Of a DNA stretch of 64,000 nt, positions 1 through 9,274 are shown piece by piece. The stretch lies in the NCBI GenBank assembly GCA_016927655.1, contig JAFGMG010000005.1, positions 75,991 through 139,990 of the forward strand, read 5' to 3'. Both the position numbers and the translations under genes were made by a program. Position 1 is the first letter of the stretch; every line of letters begins with the position of its first letter. Source of the stretch: Candidatus Dojkabacteria bacterium (GTDB lineage: Bacteria > Patescibacteriota > Dojkabacteria > B142 > JAFGMG01). Under the pieces are notes generated by a model, which had not been told where the DNA came from, searched no databases, and saw only the letters and a list, made by a program, of their open reading frames with translations.

Positions 1-420
1 TTGAGCGGTTGCTATCCCAGTTGCTATAACATTCCCGTCATAGTCTCGAAGTTCTATTTGGAAACTTCCTTCAAAGTACCAGGTGCCAGAAACTTGGCCG
101 CTAACAGTAAGCGGGCTGCTGATAACGCCATCCGGCACTGGTGAAAAAATTTGATATTGAGTCCCGTCATCCATAGTTACCAGATCCGTCCCATTGCCGG
201 CGTTTGGATCGTTTTCTCCTGCGTCTCCTGGAATTTGGCCAGTTTCCTCTTCGGCAGTGTCATCTGTCTCATTTGTCTCATCTTCGCCTGTTACGGCATT
301 TTTTATATCAGTGTAATTTTTGTGTCCGAGAAGATACATCGTTATTAAAAAACAAAGAATAGCAAGAATTGTCAATAACAGAGCAATTAAACAAGCAAAG
401 ACGAGCTTTCTATTTTTCAT
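1..420 (-). CDS. Partial CDS for a membrane-anchored protein with a Gmad2-type Ig-like domain. The start codon is at 420-418 and the 3' end runs off the window.
   Basis: Reverse-complement translation from 420 is open to position 1 and reads MKNRKLVFACLIALLLTILAILCFLITMYLLG (signal anchor). An acidic low-complexity linker follows (TGEDETNETDDTAEEETGQIPGDAGENDPNAGNG). It ends with SPLTVSGQVSGTWYFEGSFQIELRDYDGNVIATGIA, which resembles Gmad2 / GerMN-associated Ig-like domains. It is absent from the supplied ORF track because it is truncated by the window edge. Confidence 0.5.
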   Translation of the reverse strand, partial: MKNRKLVFACLIALLLTILAILCFLITMYLLGHKNYTDIKNAVTGEDETNETDDTAEEETGQIPGDAGENDPNAGNGTDLVTMDDGTQYQIFSPVPDGVISSPLTVSGQVSGTWYFEGSFQIELRDYDGNVIATGIATAQ

Positions 421-455
421 AATTGAATAATTAGATTAAGTAAATATTTAATAAA

Positions 456-1700
456 TTATTCAGGCTCAATCTCAAAAGTGTAAACAGGGTCTGTTTCTAA
501 AACAGATTCCGCTCCGCCGACACGTGCGACTTTTGAGAGTCCGTCGCTTAAATATCCCATGCCAAGTTCATTGATGTCTGTTTTGATTGCAACTAGGTAG
601 GAATTATCAATCCATTTTGCGTTTGCAAATCCGTCTGCTATAAGTGCTGGGGAGCCTGCCACATCATGGAAATACAAATGCCCTTCACCAGCGGCATCTT
701 CATTCCAATAGCTGATAAAGTTCCGATCAGGAGAGGTTTCAAGGTTGTACCCTCCAGTTCCGGCAAAAAACAAGACATTTCCTATTGTGTCTGTTGCGAA
801 CGTATATTTTTTTATCATATCTTCACTAATAAAATAAAATCCGCTATTTCCGTCAAATGTCGGGTGAGTTGCCCCTGCGATTGTTGTGATCGGCGTCCCA
901 TCTATTTGCGTTGCAATGATTGTATCTTCTCCCGGTTCTACAATAGTATTGAGTACAACAATTTTTGTATCATCGGGGCTGAAGCGGATTTGAATTCCAT
1001 CAAAGTTGCCACCGCCCCTTGCAGGTGGAATTCCAAATGATGCGATTGAGGTTGTCCCTGCGCCACTAGCGAGAATTGCTTCGTAGCTGTAATCCGCTTT
1101 TGTAATTATATATCCGAGCTTTGTAGTGTCATGGGTCCATGTGATATCAGAGACGTGTTGGGTGAATGGTGGGGTTGTATGTGCAAGCAATTCTGTATCT
1201 GCTGTAAGATCGTAAGTATAGATATTGCAGTCCCCGTCACATTTAGCGTATCCTAGTGTTCCCCGCTCTTTCCAGTCCACTGCGGTGTATCTAGTAGCGT
1301 CTCCGTCGCCGTCAAAAGTTATCTGGGTTTTATTGGTTCCATCGGTTTCCATGATCCATACATTGTCGTTTTTTAGGTAAGCGATTTTTCTGGGGCCAAA
1401 ATCTGTGTCGTCATCATCATCAGTATCATCATCAGGCGAATCAACATCATCTTCAACTATATCTCCATCATCGCCTCCTTTTGCATCATCACTGCTGTCT
1501 GAATCTTTGATTAAAAGAAAATATGCAAGAACTATTCCTGCTCCTAATACTGCCAATAAAAGTAATACAATAGCAATAATCCAGATTTTCATGTTTTTTG
1601 GGGGTTTCTTTGTCGCCGGTATGTCTGTTGTCGGTTTGGTCAGATCCGGAGGTGTGGTTTGTTTTATAGGTTGATTCTCAGGTGTTTGAGTTGTCTCCAT
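456..1700 (-). CDS. Membrane-anchored secreted protein with an acidic D-rich linker and a TolB-like (PD40/WD40-like) beta-propeller
   Basis: A TM anchor (MKIWIIAIVLLLLAVLGAGIVLAYFLL) follows the N-terminus. Next is an acidic linker (DSDSSDDAKGGDDGDIVEDDVDSPDDDTDDDDD). The remainder holds repeated motifs of the type FSPDDTKIVV / ISYWNEDAAG, typical of PD40 propeller blades. The true start may be the internal Met at MKIWII. Confidence 0.5.
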   Translation of the reverse strand: METTQTPENQPIKQTTPPDLTKPTTDIPATKKPPKNMKIWIIAIVLLLLAVLGAGIVLAYFLLIKDSDSSDDAKGGDDGDIVEDDVDSPDDDTDDDDDTDFGPRKIAYLKNDNVWIMETDGTNKTQITFDGDGDATRYTAVDWKERGTLGYAKCDGDCNIYTYDLTADTELLAHTTPPFTQHVSDITWTHDTTKLGYIITKADYSYEAILASGAGTTSIASFGIPPARGGGNFDGIQIRFSPDDTKIVVLNTIVEPGEDTIIATQIDGTPITTIAGATHPTFDGNSGFYFISEDMIKKYTFATDTIGNVLFFAGTGGYNLETSPDRNFISYWNEDAAGEGHLYFHDVAGSPALIADGFANAKWIDNSYLVAIKTDINELGMGYLSDGLSKVARVGGAESVLETDPVYTFEIEPE

Positions 1701-1806
1701 TGGCAGTTAATAAAAAATACAATAAACACAGTATAGCTGGAATTTTGAAAGAATAGAAATTTTCTGCAAAAATACTTGGTTATGTTTTTTATCTCTCCAC
1801 GCCTCA

Positions 1807-1862
1807 CTATGAAAAAATCGACATTTATGCTATATATGACATATTTGTCGATTTTTTCATAG
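1807..1862. promoter_or_regulatory. Copy A of a repeated palindromic intergenic element. Its core reads ctatGAAAAAATCGACATTTATG-N10-CATATTTGTCGATTTTTTCatag.
   Basis: Two ~23-nt arms match 21 of 23 positions as an inverted repeat, with a 10-nt centre. An A-run flanks the 5' side and a T-run the 3' side. The element lies in the divergent region between the starts of 456..1700(-) and 1888..2280(+). A near-identical copy sits at 62646-62703. Confidence 0.5.
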
Positions 1863-1887
1863 TGTCCTGGAAAGGTATCTTGACAGC

Positions 1888-2280
1888 ATGAACAGAAAAC
1901 AAAGAGCAAAAATAAGAAAAAAGAGAAAAAGGCTAGCGGGGAAAGATTTAAGAACGGCTCGTGAGCGTACAAGTAAATTCAATCTGGAAATGCGTGATAT
2001 CGAAGGACAATTCTTATCTCCCCAAAAGAAGAAAGCATTAGAACAAATCAGCCTTTTCAAAATGGCGGTTCGGAATTTAAAAGAAAAACGAAAAAGCTGC
2101 AAATTAACTCAAACGGAGCTTGCAAGAATATCGGGCGTTCCCCAGACTACAATTTCGCGAATTGAAAGAGGCTCTCAAAACGTCTCGTTAGGGAAAATTC
2201 AACAACTATCATTAGCTATGGGCTGTATAGGTGAGATTAATCTTATAGAACTGCCAGAAAAAGCTCTTCCCATCGCCTAG
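1888..2280 (+). CDS. XRE-family HTH transcriptional regulator with a basic N-terminal extension
   Basis: The C-terminal half (LTQTELARISGVPQTTISRIERGSQNVSLGKIQQLSLAMG) is a canonical XRE/Cro-C1 helix-turn-helix. The N-terminal ~58 aa are very K/R-rich. The real start may be the internal Met (MAVRNLKEKRKS). Confidence 0.6.
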   Translation: MNRKQRAKIRKKRKRLAGKDLRTARERTSKFNLEMRDIEGQFLSPQKKKALEQISLFKMAVRNLKEKRKSCKLTQTELARISGVPQTTISRIERGSQNVSLGKIQQLSLAMGCIGEINLIELPEKALPIA

Positions 2281-2365
2281 TTGCGTTTAAAATTAAATTC
2301 ATGTATAAAGTCGAAGGGCTAATTCTCCTCCTATAGAAATTTTTCTAAATTTTACAGAAAAAGCA

Positions 2366-4024
2366 ATGGCAAAAGCCAGATATATTTTTGTATCCGGAGG
2401 AGTAATTAGTGCGCTGGGCAAAGGAATTACGGCGTCCTCGATCTCTATGCTCCTTAAAGCCAGAGGCTATAAAGTAGCCCCAATCAAATGTGAAAATAAT
2501 CTAAATGTTGATTTCGGAACGCTTAATCCAATTGAGCATGGCGACCCATTCCTTTGCCATGATGGACTTGAGGCAGATCAGGATCTTGGAAATTATGAAC
2601 GAATGCTCCAGGAAGAAGTCGGGTTCCCAAATTTCATGACAATGGGACAGCTTTATTCTTCTGTGATCAAACGGGAACGTGAGATGGGTTATGACGGGGA
2701 AGATGTAGAGCCGATCCCTCACATTGTTGATGAAATAATTTCTAGGATAAAAACCACGGCCAAAAAAGCAAAAGCGGATTTCGTAGTAGTGGAACTTGGC
2801 GGTACCGTCGGTGAATATGAGAATAATAATGGCTTGTATTATGAAGCAGCTAGAATTCTTGGACTTGAAAATCCTGTTGCTCACGTTCATGTGACTTATG
2901 TCCCGGTCCCTGTTCATATCGGGGAGCCAAAAACAAAGCCGGCTCAAATGGGGATAAAAGCACTTATGGGTATGGGCATATATCCAAATTTTATAATTGT
3001 CAGGAGTGAATTACCGACAGATAATCAGCGTAAATATAAATTTGCCCAGAAGTTTCATATCAAGGCAGAAGACGTGTTTTCAAATGAGAATCTCGATGAT
3101 ATTCATGAAGTCCCTCTGCATCTGCATGAACAGGACCTTGACGCGCGGATACTAAAATACTTTGGACTGCGAAAGAAGGAGATGGATATAACTACGTGGC
3201 AGGGTTTCATCAAAAAACTCAAAGCGCCTAAAAAGCATACAGCGAAAATTGCTATTGTCGGGAAATATTTTGGAACTGGAGATTCTCAGTTGAGTGATTC
3301 ATATCACTCTCTCCTGCATGCTGTTAAACATGCTGGTATCAGAGCGAATTGTGAGATTGAGATAAAATTTGTAAATTCAGATAAGCAGGAAAAAACTATT
3401 GAGCAGGAGTTGAAAGGCATGGACGGGATAATTGTCCCGATTGGATGGGGTGCAAGAGGTGTCGAAGGAAAGATAAGGGCAGCCGGATACGCAAGAAAAC
3501 AAAAAATTCCCTATCTGGGACTTTGTTATGGAATGCATGTGGCCTGCATCGAATATGCAAGAGATGTGCTTGGCTACAAAGATGCCAATACGCAGGAATG
3601 TGACCCAAGAACAAAGCACAAAATTATCCATGCGATTCCATTTGATGAAAAATACCAGGTGATAAAAGGTGATGGCTGCTCAATGAGACTTGGAACTTAT
3701 CCATGCGAATTGAAAAAAGGAACACTGGCATACAAGATCTACTCAAAACATGGTGCCTTTGAGGATAAAGCAAAGAATCTGGTCACAGAAAGACACAGGC
3801 ACAGGTTTGAATTTAATAATGAATATAGAAACGAGCTTGAGGAAGCGGGTTTAGTGATCTCGGGAACATCGCCGGATGACTTTTTTGTAGAATTTATTGA
3901 ACTGTCGCAGAAAGTGCATCCGTTTTTCTTGGCGACTCAAGGGCATCCCGAATACAAGTCAACACCACTAAACCCGCACCCGATATTTATCGAATTTGTG
4001 AAAGCTGCAATTGAAAATAAATAA
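2366..4024 (+). CDS. pyrG: CTP synthase
   Basis: The N-terminus (YIFVSGGVISALGKGITASS...NVDFGTLNPIEHGDPF...DLGNYERM) matches the CTP synthase synthetase domain. The C-terminal glutamine amidotransferase has a GLCYGMH catalytic-Cys region. Length is 552 aa. Confidence 0.95.
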   Translation: MAKARYIFVSGGVISALGKGITASSISMLLKARGYKVAPIKCENNLNVDFGTLNPIEHGDPFLCHDGLEADQDLGNYERMLQEEVGFPNFMTMGQLYSSVIKREREMGYDGEDVEPIPHIVDEIISRIKTTAKKAKADFVVVELGGTVGEYENNNGLYYEAARILGLENPVAHVHVTYVPVPVHIGEPKTKPAQMGIKALMGMGIYPNFIIVRSELPTDNQRKYKFAQKFHIKAEDVFSNENLDDIHEVPLHLHEQDLDARILKYFGLRKKEMDITTWQGFIKKLKAPKKHTAKIAIVGKYFGTGDSQLSDSYHSLLHAVKHAGIRANCEIEIKFVNSDKQEKTIEQELKGMDGIIVPIGWGARGVEGKIRAAGYARKQKIPYLGLCYGMHVACIEYARDVLGYKDANTQECDPRTKHKIIHAIPFDEKYQVIKGDGCSMRLGTYPCELKKGTLAYKIYSKHGAFEDKAKNLVTERHRHRFEFNNEYRNELEEAGLVISGTSPDDFFVEFIELSQKVHPFFLATQGHPEYKSTPLNPHPIFIEFVKAAIENK

Positions 4025-4054
4025 ATTGATTTACTGTGTGATTTGGCTGATTCT

Positions 4055-4717
4055 TTATTTGACCATGTAGCCGAAACCTCTTACTGTCTCAATGAAGTCT
4101 TTTGCCCCGACAGTTTTCAGTTTCATTCGAATTCTGTTTATGTAGACATTGACAATATTTGGATCTTTTTCTTCACTATCAATCCAAAGGCTGTCTATTA
4201 TATTATCTTTTTCAACAAGCCGTCCTTTATGATGCAGCAAAAATTCAATAAGCTGATATTCTCTTTTTGAAAATGGAATTTTCTCCCCCTGGTAATTTAT
4301 TGATTTGTTCTCAAAATCGAATTGTATTCCGTTGATTATTTCGATTTTATTTGAGATTTCAGAATTGCGGTTTATCAGGACTTTAATTCTGACTACAAGC
4401 TCTGCAAGCTCGAAAGGCTTTGTCATATAATCATCCGCCCCAGCTTCAAAGCATTGAAGTTTATCCTCGATTGAATCTCGAACCGTAAGCATTAGAATTG
4501 GTGTTTTTTCGTGCCTGTCTCTAACTTTTTTAATAAATTCAATTCCATCCCCATCTTTTAAATTGTAATCAACGATATAAGCGCTGAACTGGGAAGGAAT
4601 AATTTTAGCAGCGTCACTCAAGCCTTCAAAAAGTTCTACATCGATATTTTCCCTCTCAAAAGCTTTGAAAACTATATAGCCGATTTTTTTCGAGTCTTCC
4701 AGTAATGCTATTTTCAT
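4055..4717 (-). CDS. OmpR/PhoB-family response regulator (receiver plus winged-helix)
   Basis: The receiver domain reads MKIALLEDS...DYNLKDGDGIEF...ILMLT. The C-terminus carries a trans_reg_C motif (REYQLIEFLLHHKGRLVEKDNIIDSLW...VNVYINRIRMKL). No adjacent kinase. Confidence 0.85.
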   Translation of the reverse strand: MKIALLEDSKKIGYIVFKAFERENIDVELFEGLSDAAKIIPSQFSAYIVDYNLKDGDGIEFIKKVRDRHEKTPILMLTVRDSIEDKLQCFEAGADDYMTKPFELAELVVRIKVLINRNSEISNKIEIINGIQFDFENKSINYQGEKIPFSKREYQLIEFLLHHKGRLVEKDNIIDSLWIDSEEKDPNIVNVYINRIRMKLKTVGAKDFIETVRGFGYMVK

Positions 4718-4871
4718 AGTAATAGCTTAATTATACCAGATAATAGGTGCTTCCTATTATATATTTATTTCAACTATATACATAATAAATATTGTTGATT
4801 ATTGATTTATTATGATGTGTTTAAATCAATCGTTCAAGATTGAAAGATAATTTATTTTTTACTTTAATGCC

Positions 4872-5348
4872 ATGAAAAAATCCACAGGGCAGGCGTTTTC
4901 AAGGGCCAGCGTTGGAATTCTCAATGCTGCGAAGAAGAAGCAGCTGATAGCGCAAACGGAGTTTAAAATTTCTGGCATTATTAAAGAATTGAATTATCTT
5001 CAAAAAGAAAAAGATGAAGAATCTATGATAAGAATGTCGAATCTGACTCAGGAACGAGACAGGCTTCTTGAAAAACTGGATGAGCTGAAAAGATCAAAGA
5101 CATATGTTCCTAAAGAAAATGAGGCAAGTAAGAGGAGCGTCAATGTGGGAGATACGGTCAAGCTTAATAACGGTATTGATGAGCTTGAATTGTCTTTGGT
5201 TGGAGACTTCGAAGCTGATTCGACCAATGGAGCAATCTCGGTTGCTTCACCTCTCGGGAGCAGTCTTTTAAATCGAGCTGTCGGAGAAGCATTCTCAGTG
5301 TTGACACCAGCGGGTCAGGCTGACTATGAGATTCTTGCGATAAACTGA
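4872..5348 (+). CDS. greA: Transcription elongation factor GreA-like
   Basis: An N-terminal coiled coil is followed by a C-terminal FKBP-like domain (VNVGDTVKLNNG...ISVASPLGSSLLNRAVGE), typical of GreA/GreB. Length is 158 aa. Confidence 0.7.
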   Translation: MKKSTGQAFSRASVGILNAAKKKQLIAQTEFKISGIIKELNYLQKEKDEESMIRMSNLTQERDRLLEKLDELKRSKTYVPKENEASKRSVNVGDTVKLNNGIDELELSLVGDFEADSTNGAISVASPLGSSLLNRAVGEAFSVLTPAGQADYEILAIN

Positions 5349-5399
5349 AGTTAACTCCAAAATAAAATTCTCGATCTGCTTTGGGTGGTATAATCCCTC

Positions 5400-6731
5400 A
5401 TGGATGATTTTCAGATACTTCAAAAATATTCAAGTAAGCAAATCCTTATTGAAGGCTACGATATTGGTATGATTCGCGAATTCCTTGATTGGCTGGGTAA
5501 ACCTGATGAAGGGATGACAATTTTTCATGTCGGGGGGACATCAGGAAAAGGCTCTACCTCTACTCTTCTTGCATCGATTATGAAAATGCATGGCTTGAAG
5601 ACTGGACTTTTCGTTTCTCCGCATGTGGAAACTGTCAGGGAGAGAATCCAAATCAATAACGAATTTATCGAAGAGGGTGATCTGAAAAGCCTGGTTGACA
5701 AAGTGTTGGTGGAATTCAAAAAATTTGAGAAGGCTAATAGCAGAATTAAGCGTGCATTAACTTATTTTGAAATACTTCTCGTTGCTGCTCTGCTTTATTT
5801 CCAATCAGAACATGTCAAATATGTCGTTATTGAGGTTGGCATTGGAGGAAAACTGGATCCGACAAATGTGCTTTTTGGCAAATATTGCATTTTGACCAAC
5901 GTTGGACTTGATCATCAAAAATATCTTGGGGATACGGTCGAGGAAATTGCAAAAGACAAAGTACAGATTGTGAAATCAGGTGCGAACCTGATAACAGGTA
6001 TAGAAAAACCGAGAGTTAGAGAGATTATCAAGGGATGGACAGAAAAGGTGACTGTAGATGTACTTTGGTCTGATAAAGAATTTGATATAGGAAAGATTGA
6101 TGTTTCTTTAGACGGAACAAGTTTTGACTATCGTTTCGGGAAGATACTCTTAGAGGGTCTTTGCACAAATTTGATAGGAGAGCATCAAGCGAAAGATTCG
6201 GCACTGGCTATTACGGCTTTTCTTAAATTTGCCAAGGATAGCGGACTTGTCTGGGAGACTGAATTGATAAATAAAGGCCTGAAGGTCAAAAATTTCCCGG
6301 CAAGATTCGAAATTAAATCCAGGAGCCCCTTGATTATCTGGGATGGAGCGCATAACGCGGACAAAATGAAGGCACTTATTGCAGCTGTAAATAAGATCAA
6401 GGGAGATAGAAAAATCAAAATGCTTTTTGCGCTAAAGAGTGATAAAGAAGTAGAAGGAGTCGTAGCTGCAATAAAAACACTTGGTGGCGAAGTGTCGCAG
6501 ATTGTTCTGACAGATTATAAGATCCGGCAGGATATAGAAGTACATTCTGCAAAAGCTGATACTGTGAAAAAAGTTCTAAATAAAACAATACCCAAAGTGC
6601 AAATTCTTTATAATCCTGAGGCAGAAGGTGCATATCATCGCCTGGTCGCAGAGCTTCAATCGAGTGAAATCCTTCTTGTCACGGGATCTTTCTATCTTCT
6701 AAGCTTCTTAAGTGAGAAATTGAAAAATTAA
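5400..6731 (+). CDS. folC: Mur-ligase-family folylpolyglutamate synthase / dihydrofolate synthase-like
   Basis: A P-loop (HVGGTSGKGSTS), a Mur ligase central domain and the overall ~440-aa length fit FolC better than MurC-F. Assignment is by motif recall only. Confidence 0.6.
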   Translation: MDDFQILQKYSSKQILIEGYDIGMIREFLDWLGKPDEGMTIFHVGGTSGKGSTSTLLASIMKMHGLKTGLFVSPHVETVRERIQINNEFIEEGDLKSLVDKVLVEFKKFEKANSRIKRALTYFEILLVAALLYFQSEHVKYVVIEVGIGGKLDPTNVLFGKYCILTNVGLDHQKYLGDTVEEIAKDKVQIVKSGANLITGIEKPRVREIIKGWTEKVTVDVLWSDKEFDIGKIDVSLDGTSFDYRFGKILLEGLCTNLIGEHQAKDSALAITAFLKFAKDSGLVWETELINKGLKVKNFPARFEIKSRSPLIIWDGAHNADKMKALIAAVNKIKGDRKIKMLFALKSDKEVEGVVAAIKTLGGEVSQIVLTDYKIRQDIEVHSAKADTVKKVLNKTIPKVQILYNPEAEGAYHRLVAELQSSEILLVTGSFYLLSFLSEKLKN

Positions 6732-7960
6732 TCTTCTATAGCTTTGACATAAAAGGCGAAGGTGGCAGTTTTCCCGCCATCAAGTTCGGCAGTTCCTTTG
6801 AAGATATAAATAGGATAAATATAGCCGGTCCAGTCATCCGGGACAAAAAATCCTAGCTCGCTTTGATCCGGATCCGCCGTGAATCTTAGGACTTTTTGCG
6901 GTTGATAACTGGCATAAGGGTTCCCCCCGACCTCGACAAGGCTTTTGAGACTTGCTTTGCCATCTTTTACATCTTCCCATGCTTTCTCGATGCTTTTGAG
7001 TTTGTAGGTTGATTTTGTTTCCTCATTAATCGCTACGCTGTTATTTTCAAATTCGACTAAATAGTCAATGTTATCTTGTCTTTGCGCCCCTGTTTGTTCT
7101 TCCTCATTTGCAAGAATAATTGAAAATGAGCCCTTGCTGAAGTTGTTAAAGTAAATCCGCCCATTCATGGATTCTGCATTTTGAGCTGTGGTCGTAGTAG
7201 TCTGGGCATTAGCTGTGTTGCTTTTTAAAGAAACAATTTCAAAACTTTCAAAATATGTCTTTTTTATAAAATCCGCGTTATTTGCCGAAGAAGTTGTTGA
7301 ATAAGAATTTCCCGATTTGATCAGGTACTCTTTTTCTGATTCTTGGGTGCTATAAGGAAATTTAAGTGTTGAGATCAAGCTTTGAGTGAGTGAATCGACG
7401 CTTGCAGTATCTACAAATTCCGGTTTGGAAAAAGAAGAATTTTTTAAAGAGCTGTTTAAATAAGTAGAATTTTCTGTAAGCTTGTTGAAAATCAGTTCTC
7501 TGCCCCCTTCACTCCATTTGAAATTCTGGTCTTGATTGATCAAACTTGAATTAAATTCCAGGCTTTTTGCAAGGTCTTTAGCTTTTACGCTGCTGCCAAG
7601 AGTCTCTCTGGGTTTGTCAACACTATAGACATTTACACTTGTGGGAGAATCATCAAATTGCCCGAGTACTACAAAGCTTGGCGTGCTTCCATCAGCAATT
7701 GCCAGACTTGATATTTCAGGATATGTCAGCACGCCAAACCCTTGATTGATCGAACTATATGGCGTGGTTCCGCCGCTAAAGGGATCCTCCTCGCTTGTCG
7801 CATATCTATAAATCACTTGTCCAGTAAGAACAACAATAATGAATACTATAAAGTACAAAACATACATTCTAGTTCTTTTTGTGGTATCAGTCAGTTTTGA
7901 CATAAATACAGTGTACATTATTAGGTTTTTTGTTTCCAGTCTTGAATGACTAGACAGCAT
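6728..7960 (-). CDS. Hypothetical membrane-anchored extracytoplasmic protein
   Basis: A signal-anchor (MYVLYFIVFIIVVLTG) follows a short N-terminal stretch. The rest is Ser/Thr/Asn-rich with no recognised domain. Its stop overlaps the folC stop by 4 nt (convergent genes). Confidence 0.4.
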   Translation of the reverse strand: MLSSHSRLETKNLIMYTVFMSKLTDTTKRTRMYVLYFIVFIIVVLTGQVIYRYATSEEDPFSGGTTPYSSINQGFGVLTYPEISSLAIADGSTPSFVVLGQFDDSPTSVNVYSVDKPRETLGSSVKAKDLAKSLEFNSSLINQDQNFKWSEGGRELIFNKLTENSTYLNSSLKNSSFSKPEFVDTASVDSLTQSLISTLKFPYSTQESEKEYLIKSGNSYSTTSSANNADFIKKTYFESFEIVSLKSNTANAQTTTTTAQNAESMNGRIYFNNFSKGSFSIILANEEEQTGAQRQDNIDYLVEFENNSVAINEETKSTYKLKSIEKAWEDVKDGKASLKSLVEVGGNPYASYQPQKVLRFTADPDQSELGFFVPDDWTGYIYPIYIFKGTAELDGGKTATFAFYVKAIED

Positions 7961-7985
7961 AGTTAAGTATGTCTATGATGTAGTT

Positions 7986-9254
7986 GTGAGAATTAGTTTG
8001 AATAAAAAACCAAGGGGTACGATCGAAAATGCCGAAGATGAGGGTTTGAGCCCAGTCGCAAGAAGACAACTAGCAATTGGCAAATTTCAAATCAAGCAGG
8101 TACATATATATAGTATTATCATGATTGTCTGTGTAACTATCTTAAGTTTTGTCGGTTTGGAAATTTTCGATCGCAAACATTTTGAGAGTTTCAGCTTGGA
8201 TTATTCTTTCGCAGGAGCGGGTAATCTGGCATATCAAAATATTGCAGTGCCTGATTTTGCACAAGTGCGAGATAAAGAAAATCCCGTAAACGGTGTTCTG
8301 GTCACAACAGATGAGCTCAATGAAATGCAAGGCAGAAAGCTGGTTGTAATCTCTTTGAATAATCACAGCGATGCAAGGCCCCAGTTCGGATTGAGTTTTG
8401 CTGATATGGTGCTCGAAGTCCTTGCAGAAGGCGGGATCACGAGATACAACGCATATTATTACCAGAATCAAAGTGTAGAGAAAATCGGGCCGATCAGAAG
8501 TGCTAGAAGCTATATGCTGGAGTATTTCCTGGGTTTTGATGATCCGGTTTTTGTACATGAGGGCCAGGCAAGCTATCCTCCGCAGGAGAAGGCCGTCCCT
8601 GAGATCAATACTTTATACCAACTTTCTGCATGGGGTATCGAAAGTATGCAGACAGCAGGTTCAAGATATCGAGATCCAGAGAGAATAAAGAGCGCAGGCT
8701 ATGTTCACTCTCTCATGACCGGATTTAAGCTTATAAATGCCGAAATTGAGCGCCTTGGCTGGATTGCTCCTTCAGATATCGAGCCTCTGAAATTTAAATT
8801 TGGTGACCTGGAAGAAGAGAGAGGAACAGATCAAAACATTGAGATTAGATTTACCAGCATGTCGACGAGCTATTACAAGGCGGCATTTGATTATGATCCT
8901 AAAACGAACACTTACTTGCGTTCAGTCGGTGGAAAAGCTGATAATGACGCTCTTACTGGAGCGCGTATTGCACCTTCTAATGTCATTATTGAATTTCACA
9001 ATTATAGAGACGCCATGGATGGTCATTCTAGAATAATTATTGATATGACCGGTGAAGATCGGGCCTTGATCTTTCGGGATGGGAAAATGATCGAAGCAAA
9101 TTGGAAAAAAGACTCAAAGGAAGATCGCACAAAGTATTATGATGAGGCCGGAAATGAGATAGAATTGAATCGCGGTCAAATCTGGGTTAGTATTGCAATA
9201 AAGACCAAGACAAAAGGGGTCAGCGATGTGCTTGTAAATGGGGAGGAAGTTTAA
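7986..9254 (+). CDS. Secreted or anchored protein, possibly of the DUF3048 (YerB-like) family
   Basis: An N-terminal TM (IYSIIMIVCVTILSFVGL) is followed by a ~350-aa extracytoplasmic domain. The family call is a weak recollection, based only on motifs such as GPIRSARSYMLEYF. Confidence 0.35.
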   Translation: MRISLNKKPRGTIENAEDEGLSPVARRQLAIGKFQIKQVHIYSIIMIVCVTILSFVGLEIFDRKHFESFSLDYSFAGAGNLAYQNIAVPDFAQVRDKENPVNGVLVTTDELNEMQGRKLVVISLNNHSDARPQFGLSFADMVLEVLAEGGITRYNAYYYQNQSVEKIGPIRSARSYMLEYFLGFDDPVFVHEGQASYPPQEKAVPEINTLYQLSAWGIESMQTAGSRYRDPERIKSAGYVHSLMTGFKLINAEIERLGWIAPSDIEPLKFKFGDLEEERGTDQNIEIRFTSMSTSYYKAAFDYDPKTNTYLRSVGGKADNDALTGARIAPSNVIIEFHNYRDAMDGHSRIIIDMTGEDRALIFRDGKMIEANWKKDSKEDRTKYYDEAGNEIELNRGQIWVSIAIKTKTKGVSDVLVNGEEV

Positions 9255-9274
9255 TATTTCAATTTGAAAAATCG

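Noticed and set aside
151-348. Plus-strand 65-aa ORF at the left edge
   Set aside because: It overlaps, on the opposite strand, the edge-truncated but continuous and domain-bearing minus-strand CDS 1..420, which is the more credible gene.
1405-1674. Plus-strand Ser-rich ORF (SSSSSVSSSGESTSSS...)
   Set aside because: It is the antisense of the acidic D-rich linker of the 456..1700(-) gene, and is a composition artefact.
1807-1862. Interpreting the repeated palindrome purely as a bidirectional rho-independent terminator
   Set aside because: Copy A lies between two divergent gene STARTS, where no transcript needs terminating. Conservation also extends outside the hairpin, so a purely terminator role is unlikely, although copy B may also terminate cysS.
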